From positions 1,813 to 65,812 of the forward strand of contig JAZSOO010000019.1 of assembly GCA_045536935.1 (NCBI GenBank): a stretch of 64,000 bases of DNA. The letters are read 5' to 3'. The position numbers and the translations under genes are program-made. Under the pieces are notes generated by a model that was given only the letters and a program-made list of their open reading frames with translations, did not search any database and was not told the DNA's origin. Below are positions 19,245-25,760 of this stretch, piece after piece (the first letter of the stretch is position 1; each line of letters starts with the position of its first letter). This DNA is from Eubacteriales bacterium (GTDB lineage Bacteria > Bacillota > Clostridia > Oscillospirales > CAG-382).

Positions 19245-21878
19245 ATGACCGCAATCAATGCGATCCGAAACAAGTTTAAATTCGATCCCGAAAGCCCTTT
19301 TCATTTTTACAGAATGGTGCTTTTATGGTCTTTTGTCGTTTCGGGCTGTATAACTATACCGTTTATTATCGTTGAGCTTATAAAGACGGGTTCTGCCGTT
19401 TTCCTTTATTACGGCGACTATAATGCACAGCAGATCTGTTTTTATGAAAACTGCGTGCGTATGGTGCACGAAGGCTCTATCGGTTGGGACTGGGTCACCG
19501 ACCTCGGTTCTAACTTTGTGGGCAGTTATTCATACTATATGCTCGGAAGTCCCTTCTTCTGGATAATGTGTCTTTTCCCTGCTTCTTGGGCTCCTTATCT
19601 TATGGCTCCGATGTATATGGTCAAATATATGGTGGCGGCTTTGTTTGCATACGCTTACTTACAGCGTTTTGTTAAGAACAAAAACTATGCCGTTATCGGT
19701 GCTTTGCTCTATTCCTTCTCGGGATTCCAGATCTATAACACCTTCTTCAACCAGTTCCACGACGTCGTTGCTTTCTTCCCCTTGCTTCTCATCGGTATGG
19801 AAGAATTTGTCCAGAACGACAGAAAAGGTCTTTTCGCAATTGCGGTAATGGTCAACGCCCTTATAAACTACTTTATGTTTGCAGGGCAGGTCGTTTTCTG
19901 TATTCTTTATTTCTTGTTCAGGCTTTCTACAAAGTCATTCAAGATCACCTTCAAAAAGTTCCTTGGGCTTTTCTTCGAAGCCTTTCTCGGCGCTATGATG
20001 GCAATGTTCATCTTCCTGCCCGGTGCGGTGGCTATACTGAGCAACTCGAGAATTGAAAACTCCTATTTGGACACCGTTGAAAAGATTATCAACTATATCA
20101 AAGAAGGCGATTGGGAAAACGCAATCAAGCAATCGAAATATATCTTCACTTGGAGATACAGCGGTAATTTCTATTGGCAGAGATACGGTCAGATCTTTGA
20201 ATCCTATTTCTTCCCGCCCGATATTCCCTCTCGTGTCAACTTCTTTGACGGTCACGAAACACGCTGGGCTTCGATATCCATGTATCTTCCCATGTTTGCT
20301 ATGTCCGGCTTCTTTGCGTTGTTTACAACAAAGAAGCGTACTTGGCTTAAATCGTTCATCATTCTCCTTATCGTTTGCTCATTTGTGCCGATATTAAACA
20401 GTATTTTCTTCTTGTTCAATTCGGCATATTATGCAAGATGGCTTTATATGATGATAATGATGTTGGCACTTGCTACCATCATTTCTTTGGAAGACACGAA
20501 GACCAAATGGCGTGCGCCTGTCGCTATTATGACGTTCTTCTGCACGGTCATTGCGATTCCTTTAGGTCTTGTATGGCACGAAAACAAGAAGGACGTGCTT
20601 GAGCTTGGCTTCCCTCCTTACAGAGCAAGATTTTGGCTCTACGTTGCCATTGCATTCCTCGGAATCTTCCTTACGGCATATATCATCAGAAAATACCGCA
20701 ACACCAAGATATTTGAACGTGCAATACTTGTCGGCGTTTCGGTTATGATAATCATTTACGGTTGTTTGCATATTTCAAACGGCAAGCAATATTCGCACGC
20801 AAGCGAATTTATGGTCGATCAATGCATTGAAGGCAACGTTGATCTTCCCGACCCGCACGAAAACTTCTATAGAATCGACTTTTACAGAGGTTCGGGTGTT
20901 TCTCCGCTTGACAACATCGGTATTTATTGGAATCTTCCTTCCATTGAATGCTTCCACACGGTAGTTCCGCCTTCTATTATGGAATTCTACCCTGCAGCGC
21001 TCGATATTAAGCGCAGTGTCGGTTCGAGACCCGAAAGCTCTTATTACGGCTTGAGAGCATTCACCTCTACTAAATATTCCTTTATTGAATCCACAAAGAA
21101 CGTTAAAAAAGGCAAAGAGGTTCATAAGGTATTCGGTTTTGACTTCTTGAAGACCGAAAACGGTTTTGATATTTACGAAAACACGAATTATATTCCTATG
21201 GGCTTTGCTTATACGGAATTTATGACCGAAACCGATTTTGCGGAAGCTTACACCGCAAAAGACCGTGACAAGGTTCTTGTTAAATATCTTGTCGTTCCCG
21301 ACGAAATGGCTTCCTACTACTCTCAATTCATGACGAGAGTTACTCCCGAAGCAAAAGAAAGAAGCAACAACGATACCTTCACGAAGGCTGTTGAAGCACG
21401 CAGAGAAATGGCTTGTGACAGCTTTGAATACGACAGTTACGGATTCAAGGCTCATATCACTCTTGACGAGCCTAACATCGTATACTTCAGCGTACCTTAC
21501 GAAAACGAGGGTTGGTCTGCTACGGTAAACGGCAAAGAAAGAGAAGTTTTGAAGGTAACCTACGGTTTTGTTGCGGTTGAATGCGAAGCAGGCGAAAACA
21601 ACATCGTGTTTGACTATTCAACACCCGGTCTTATCAATTCTACCACGCTTGTTCTCGGCGAACGTGAAATTACCGTTCCCGGCGGTGTTTGGATCTCGCT
21701 TGTTGCTATCTTCATATACGTGATCTATATGTTATATTTCAACGTTTACAAGAAGCACAAGGCAGAAACCAAATTCTTCAGCTTTGAATATTACGACGAT
21801 TGCGGTATCGGCTATACAAAAACAAGCACACGTAAAATACCGTTAAAAAAACGCATTAAGAAGTTATTTAAAAAATAA
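19245..21878 (+). CDS. YfhO family polytopic membrane protein (putative cell-envelope polymer glycosyltransferase)
   Basis: 877 aa from ATG 19245, with AGGAGG 6 nt upstream. Many TMs. N-terminal ..GDYNAQQICFYE...GWDWVTDLGSNFVGSYSYYMLGSPFFW.. matches my memory of the YfhO family. Confidence 0.8.
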   Translation: MTAINAIRNKFKFDPESPFHFYRMVLLWSFVVSGCITIPFIIVELIKTGSAVFLYYGDYNAQQICFYENCVRMVHEGSIGWDWVTDLGSNFVGSYSYYMLGSPFFWIMCLFPASWAPYLMAPMYMVKYMVAALFAYAYLQRFVKNKNYAVIGALLYSFSGFQIYNTFFNQFHDVVAFFPLLLIGMEEFVQNDRKGLFAIAVMVNALINYFMFAGQVVFCILYFLFRLSTKSFKITFKKFLGLFFEAFLGAMMAMFIFLPGAVAILSNSRIENSYLDTVEKIINYIKEGDWENAIKQSKYIFTWRYSGNFYWQRYGQIFESYFFPPDIPSRVNFFDGHETRWASISMYLPMFAMSGFFALFTTKKRTWLKSFIILLIVCSFVPILNSIFFLFNSAYYARWLYMMIMMLALATIISLEDTKTKWRAPVAIMTFFCTVIAIPLGLVWHENKKDVLELGFPPYRARFWLYVAIAFLGIFLTAYIIRKYRNTKIFERAILVGVSVMIIIYGCLHISNGKQYSHASEFMVDQCIEGNVDLPDPHENFYRIDFYRGSGVSPLDNIGIYWNLPSIECFHTVVPPSIMEFYPAALDIKRSVGSRPESSYYGLRAFTSTKYSFIESTKNVKKGKEVHKVFGFDFLKTENGFDIYENTNYIPMGFAYTEFMTETDFAEAYTAKDRDKVLVKYLVVPDEMASYYSQFMTRVTPEAKERSNNDTFTKAVEARREMACDSFEYDSYGFKAHITLDEPNIVYFSVPYENEGWSATVNGKEREVLKVTYGFVAVECEAGENNIVFDYSTPGLINSTTLVLGEREITVPGGVWISLVAIFIYVIYMLYFNVYKKHKAETKFFSFEYYDDCGIGYTKTSTRKIPLKKRIKKLFKK

Positions 21879-21890
21879 TTAAATCACCCT

Positions 21891-21941
21891 AAAAAAAGAG
21901 GTTGTCAAAATTAACTTTGACAGCCTCTTTATTTTTATTTT
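21891..21941. terminator. bidirectional intrinsic terminator between the convergent YfhO and Cys-rich genes
   Basis: 13-bp stem AGAGGTTGTCAAA / TTTGACAGCCTCT (one G.U pair), flanked by A7 on the left and a T-rich run on the right. Confidence 0.8.
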
Positions 21942-21981
21942 AGGATATTATTTCGACGTTTGGGAAAACTATAAAACAAGT

Positions 21982-22839
21982 TTATTTGCAGTTTTTATCG
22001 CATCTGTTGTTTTGGTTGTTGCAACGGTCGCAATTTCCGTTTTGTTCGTCGGCATAGGGATAAAATTCGTTCACAGGGAACTGCATTTTGCCAAATATTG
22101 AGCAGGGATCGTCGTTATTGCAGGGTTTGCTGTCGTTTTCGGGCAAGCAGAAACGGCAAGCAGGGAGAACGATCTGCACACGTCTTTCCATACGGATAAC
22201 CGAGAAAACACCGATGGTAACGTATACGTTATTAACGCCTACGCCGTCAACAAAGCTTCCGTCAAAACGGGCACGAACCTTTTCGGGTATTGCGTCCACG
22301 CACATACAGCAGTTGCCGAAGGGACGGCAACGTTCTACAAGCTTGCTGTCAAGACAGATGGGCGATGCAACTTCAACGACGACGGTAGGAAGTGTGGGTT
22401 CGCAATCGCAACGAAGGTCGTGTTCATCGAAGCAGAAGCTGTTTTTCTCGGGGTCGGAAGTGAAGACCGAAACGTTCTTTTCCGAACCGAAGAGAATGAT
22501 CTTTTTGTCGAAAGCGCAAAGACCTTTAACTTCCTGTATTCTGCCGCCGCATACGCAAGCTTCGAGAGTTACGCAGAAATAATAACGAACCGTTACCTGA
22601 TAAAATCCTTTATTGAAGGGTACGGGTTCGATATTGATACCGGTATTGATGACTTCAACGCATTTGCATCTCACTGCGCTTGCCTTGTCAATAATTTCCT
22701 GTCCCATATCGCAGAGATGAACTCTAACGTCTTCAAGACAGTCTTTATCTCTTGCAGAATCGAAAACCTTATCTACGCTGATGCAGCAAAGCTGTTCTTT
22801 ATTGCCGCAAAGTCCGCCGAACGGGCTGTTTTTTTCCAT
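21982..22839 (-). CDS. cysteine-rich protein of unknown function (27 Cys / 285 aa); candidate spore-coat or exosporium component
   Basis: ATG at 22839 with AGGAGG upstream (MEKNSPFGGLCGNKEQLCCISVDKVFDS...). No TM or signal peptide. Cys/Asn-rich C-terminus CDRCNNQNNRCDKNCK. I recognise no family. Confidence 0.75.
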   Translation of the reverse strand: MEKNSPFGGLCGNKEQLCCISVDKVFDSARDKDCLEDVRVHLCDMGQEIIDKASAVRCKCVEVINTGINIEPVPFNKGFYQVTVRYYFCVTLEACVCGGRIQEVKGLCAFDKKIILFGSEKNVSVFTSDPEKNSFCFDEHDLRCDCEPTLPTVVVEVASPICLDSKLVERCRPFGNCCMCVDAIPEKVRARFDGSFVDGVGVNNVYVTIGVFSVIRMERRVQIVLPACRFCLPENDSKPCNNDDPCSIFGKMQFPVNEFYPYADEQNGNCDRCNNQNNRCDKNCK

Positions 22840-22920
22840 TACTATATTCCTCCTTGAGTGTTTGCGGATAATACCATAGGGTTGATAAACAACACCATAT
22901 ATTGTGGTTATTATCAATAT

Positions 22921-22947
22921 TATTCTATGCAGAGGGTGAAAAAAGGT
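22921..22947 (-). promoter_or_regulatory. possible sigma-K/E-type (mother-cell) promoter for the Cys-rich gene
   Basis: Minus strand reads AC-N16-CATAGAATA, matching the AC-N16/17-CATAnnnTA pattern known for Bacillus sigma-K. It lies ~80 nt upstream of the ATG. No good sigma-A pair is seen. Confidence 0.3.
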
Positions 22948-23042
22948 GTTTTTTTGTACAAAAGAACCATTTACAAAATGTGCACATAGTGTTATATTAA
23001 GCTCCGAGGTGATTTGTAATAGAACGCTCTAAGATCAGAGCC

Positions 23043-23774
23043 TTGTCAATCCTCGTTGTTGCATTTATATTTATGATAGCTTTTTCTGTTTTTGCAATGC
23101 AACTTGTTCTTTGGCAGGGTCAGGATATTTCCGTTAATATCGTAAGTGACACCGAAGAAGGCAACCACGACGTTGTTATCTCGGTTCTTAATACAGCAGG
23201 TTCAACTCTTTTGTTCTACGAGAATGCCGAAATGACAGGCAAGCTTGAATATTTAAGCAAAGACGGTTGGATCGAATATTGCGACGTGTCCTACACTTCC
23301 GACAACGCAAACGCTGTTTCTCAACAGTACGGCGGTGTATTTGCGGAGCTTGCTCCCGGTGAAGATTGGGACGTTTCCATTCCTTCGCATATCGTTGAAG
23401 AAATGAAAAGCGGTACTTACCGTGTTAAATTCACTTATATCAGCGAAAAGAACTACAACGAATATCTTGAATCTGCCTTTAATGACAGAAAAGACGTTGA
23501 AGCTTCTGAAGACGTATCGGATATAAGCGACGATGAAGAGGTTTCTTCGCCCGGCGGTTTCCTTCCTCTTGTGGGTTTCGGCAAGGGTGACGAAGAGGTT
23601 TCCAAAGAAAAGGAAGAGTTCCTTGCAGCTTCTAAAAGTGAAGTTTTTCTTAAGACCTTTGAATATGAAGTTGACGAAGAATTTGTAGACCGTATTGATA
23701 TCAGCGACGACGATATCAACGTCGGCGAACCTTCCAAAACACGTGCGATGCCCGAACCTATCAAAAAGAATTAA
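23043..23774 (+). CDS. membrane-anchored hypothetical protein with acidic C-terminal tail
   Basis: 243 aa. N-terminal hydrophobic segment ILVVAFIFMIAFSVFAMQLVLW, a beta-rich middle and a D/E/S-rich tail. A TTTACA-17-TATATT promoter lies at 22970-22998. The start is uncertain: TTG 23043 has no nearby SD, and ATG 23073 would truncate the TM. Confidence 0.6.
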   Translation: MSILVVAFIFMIAFSVFAMQLVLWQGQDISVNIVSDTEEGNHDVVISVLNTAGSTLLFYENAEMTGKLEYLSKDGWIEYCDVSYTSDNANAVSQQYGGVFAELAPGEDWDVSIPSHIVEEMKSGTYRVKFTYISEKNYNEYLESAFNDRKDVEASEDVSDISDDEEVSSPGGFLPLVGFGKGDEEVSKEKEEFLAASKSEVFLKTFEYEVDEEFVDRIDISDDDINVGEPSKTRAMPEPIKKN

Positions 23775-23775
23775 T

Positions 23776-23863
23776 CACAACCACCCCAAGAAGTCTGACG
23801 ACTTCTCGGGGACCCCACAACAACCACCCCAAGAAGTCTGACGACTTCTCGGGGACCCCACAA
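23776..23863 (+). repeat. tandem palindromic element, 2 identical 40-nt units (period 43), between the upstream ORF stop and birA
   Basis: Units at 23781-23820 and 23824-23863 = CCACCCCAAGAAGTCTGACGACTTCTCGGGGACCCCACAA. Each folds as a 12-bp hairpin CCCCAAGAAGTC/GACTTCTCGGGG (one A.C mismatch) with loop TGAC. Confidence 0.9.
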
Positions 23864-23871
23864 TAAACAAA

Positions 23872-23894
23872 AGCCCCTTTCAGGGGCTTTTTTT
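23872..23894 (+). terminator. intrinsic terminator hairpin 10 nt upstream of the birA ATG (possibly bidirectional)
   Basis: AGCCCCT / AGGGGCT stem followed by T7, preceded by an A-rich AAACAAAA. Confidence 0.75.
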
Positions 23895-23904
23895 CGGAGT
23901 ATTT

Positions 23905-24672
23905 ATGAAATTATCGATTGCAGATATAAAAGCATATTTCAACGAGAATGAAAGCCCGTATATTGAGATCTTTGACACAATTGATTCTACAAGCAACGAG
24001 GCAAAACGTGCGATAGAACGTGGTCTTAAGAGCGAGGCGATTTTTATTTCCCGCCACCAGACCGCAGGAAGAGGTAGACACGGAAAAAGCTTTTATTCCC
24101 CTGACGGAAGCGGACTTTATTTTTCTGTCGTACTTCATCCCGAGATCCCGCTTAATAAAGCAATTATGCTGACGGTTGCAGCAGCAGTGGCAACACGTGA
24201 AATTGTCGAAAAGCAGACCAAAAAGCACCCTATGATAAAATGGGTGAACGATATTTTTATTGATAACAAAAAGGTTTGCGGAATACTTGCGGAAGCAGTT
24301 AACGATTATGAAAAGGGTATTATTAAGTCTGCCGTGATCGGCATCGGTATTAATATTACAACGGAAGGTTTCCCCAAAGAGCTTGACGGTATTGCATCGT
24401 CGCTCGGAAAAGATATTGACAGAAATGAGACCGTCGCTTTCATCTTCAAGAGATTGAAAGATATTTGTAAAGATCTTGAAAACAACAAAAGCTTTATCGA
24501 CGAATACAGAAAACATTCGCTCGTTATCGGAAAGAATATTTCTTTCGTCAGAAACGGAATCGATCACAAAGCAAAAGCCGTTGACATTTCTGACAACGGC
24601 GAACTTTTGGTCATCACCGAAGAAGGAGAAGAAATGCTCCTTAACAGCGGTGAGATCAGTATTAGACTTTAA
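23905..24672 (+). CDS. birA: biotin--[acetyl-CoA-carboxylase] ligase, group I (no N-terminal HTH domain)
   Basis: 255 aa. ..HQTAGRGRHGKSFYSP.. (GRGRxGR-type biotin loop) and ..KWVNDIF... The protein starts directly in the catalytic domain. Confidence 0.9.
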   Translation: MKLSIADIKAYFNENESPYIEIFDTIDSTSNEAKRAIERGLKSEAIFISRHQTAGRGRHGKSFYSPDGSGLYFSVVLHPEIPLNKAIMLTVAAAVATREIVEKQTKKHPMIKWVNDIFIDNKKVCGILAEAVNDYEKGIIKSAVIGIGINITTEGFPKELDGIASSLGKDIDRNETVAFIFKRLKDICKDLENNKSFIDEYRKHSLVIGKNISFVRNGIDHKAKAVDISDNGELLVITEEGEEMLLNSGEISIRL

Positions 24673-25204
24673 GTTTCGAAAGGGTCGTTTTATAAATTCG
24701 GTAGGCAAGATATATCTTTAAAGCATCGGGAATGATGCAGGGGAAAACGCATACGCTCAAGGCGCTTAAAACCGTCGCAGGAGTGCCGTTTGCACCCGAC
24801 CATACCACGAACATTGCCGTGCCCGAAACGTAGCACAGGAGCGTTCCGACGGCGAGAGAGGATAACATCACCCTATCCGATCTCCCGAAACGTTTTTCGC
24901 AGAAGGTATACAGCATTCCCATAGCAACAAAGCCGAAAAGGAATCCGCCCGTCGGTCCGATCAGGGTTGCTATCCCTGCCCCGAATCCCGAAAAGATAGG
25001 AACACCGCAAACGCCCAGCGCAATATACACAATGATCGACACCGTTCCTCTTTTTCCGCCGAAGGTCATTAAAAGGAGAGCTACGCCGAACAATTGCAAC
25101 GTGAACGGAATGGGTGCAGGTATGGTTATAATCGAAAACAGCGCAAGAAGGACCGAGCCTATCGAAATCAACGCTATATCGTTTATCTTTTTATTTCTTT
25201 TCAT
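24662..25204 (-). CDS. bioY: biotin transporter BioY (ECF S-component)
   Basis: 180 aa, six hydrophobic segments, ..TIPAPIPFTLQLFGVALL...GPTGGFLFGF... GGAGGA RBS. The 3' end overlaps the birA 3' end by 11 nt. Confidence 0.9.
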   Translation of the reverse strand: MKRNKKINDIALISIGSVLLALFSIITIPAPIPFTLQLFGVALLLMTFGGKRGTVSIIVYIALGVCGVPIFSGFGAGIATLIGPTGGFLFGFVAMGMLYTFCEKRFGRSDRVMLSSLAVGTLLCYVSGTAMFVVWSGANGTPATVLSALSVCVFPCIIPDALKIYLAYRIYKTTLSKLKV

Positions 25205-25232
25205 AAGCAGTCCTCCTTAATAGAATTTTGTA

Positions 25233-25265
25233 CTGTCGCAGGTTGAGCCCTGCGACAGCTTTTTT
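25233..25265 (+). terminator. strong plus-strand intrinsic terminator lying in the bioY 5' region
   Basis: Perfect 10-bp stem CTGTCGCAGG / CCTGCGACAG, 6-nt loop, then C + T6 on the plus strand. On the minus (bioY-sense) strand the same hairpin is followed by UACAAAAUUC, which is not a U-tract. Confidence 0.75.
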
Positions 25266-25348
25266 GTCGGGGTCCCCAAGAAGTCGTTAGACTTCTTGGG
25301 GTGATTTGTCGGGGTCCCCAAGGAGTCGTTAGACTTCTTGGGGTGATT
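25265..25348 (-). repeat. tandem palindromic element, 2 units (period 42), same family as 23776-23863 and inverted relative to it; between the upstream ORF stop and bioY
   Basis: Minus strand reads TCACCCCAAGAAGTCTAACGACTCCTTGGGGACCCCGACAAA then TCACCCCAAGAAGTCTAACGACTTCTTGGGGACCCCGACAAAA. About 90% identical to the left-hand units, with a 12-bp hairpin. Confidence 0.9.
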
Positions 25349-25760
25349 AATAGTCCTCGCAATAGATCGAAACGGCGAACGAAAGCATTCCTGCATTGAA
25401 CTCTTTTGCTTCGAGATGACACCAAGTCTTTAGACCTCTTGCCAACACGATATTGGGAACTATGGAGTTTACCAAGGGTATGACACCGACGTAGGTCCCA
25501 TCTTCACGCTGTACCTCGAGCGGACGGTAATTTTTGTTTTTAAACTCGTCCTTATACACAATACGGAGCTTTTCACCCTGTTCGAGAGAGGAAAAGAGTT
25601 CGCCCGGTGAATCGCACATAAAGGAACCGTCGAGAATACAAACGCCGATATATACACCTTTATGCGGTGCAAGCTTGACGAATATCTCTTCGACAAGCTT
25701 CGGACGTTCTTCTACCATTGAAAGAGCTATCGGATATAGCTTTTTATATTTGTTAAACAA
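25347..25760 (-). CDS. small hypothetical protein, possible HIRAN-like domain
   Basis: 137 aa. TTG start at 25760 with AAGAGG 9 nt upstream, overlapping the addA stop by 8 nt. The segment GEKLRIVYKDEFKNKNYRPLEVQREDGTYVGVIPLVNSIVPNIV resembles the HIRAN pattern as I remember it. No search was run. Confidence 0.55.
   Translation of the reverse strand: MFNKYKKLYPIALSMVEERPKLVEEIFVKLAPHKGVYIGVCILDGSFMCDSPGELFSSLEQGEKLRIVYKDEFKNKNYRPLEVQREDGTYVGVIPLVNSIVPNIVLARGLKTWCHLEAKEFNAGMLSFAVSIYCEDY

Noticed and set aside
11700-25300. The plus-strand block as a genomic island or defence locus
   Set aside because: Its contents are ordinary metabolic, transport and envelope genes with individual promoters and terminators. 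There are no integrase, tRNA or direct-repeat boundaries, and no nuclease, methylase or ATPase defence signatures.
25205-25346. Classical BirA operator (inverted TGTTAAC-type half sites) upstream of bioY
   Set aside because: No such inverted repeat is present, and the BirA encoded here lacks the N-terminal HTH domain.
23776-25348. Tandem repeats as a CRISPR array, or the inverted repeat pairs as ends of a mobile cassette
   Set aside because: There are only two directly adjacent units per locus, with no spacers, and no cas genes. There is no transposase or integrase between or beside the repeats, and I see no target-site duplication. They are kept as a regulatory/REP-like candidate instead.
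25201-25425. 74-aa minus-strand ORF containing the repeated peptide TPRSLTT.WGPRQ
   Set aside because: It is merely a translation of the tandem palindromic DNA repeats. It has no RBS and overlaps the 3' end of the HIRAN-like ORF.
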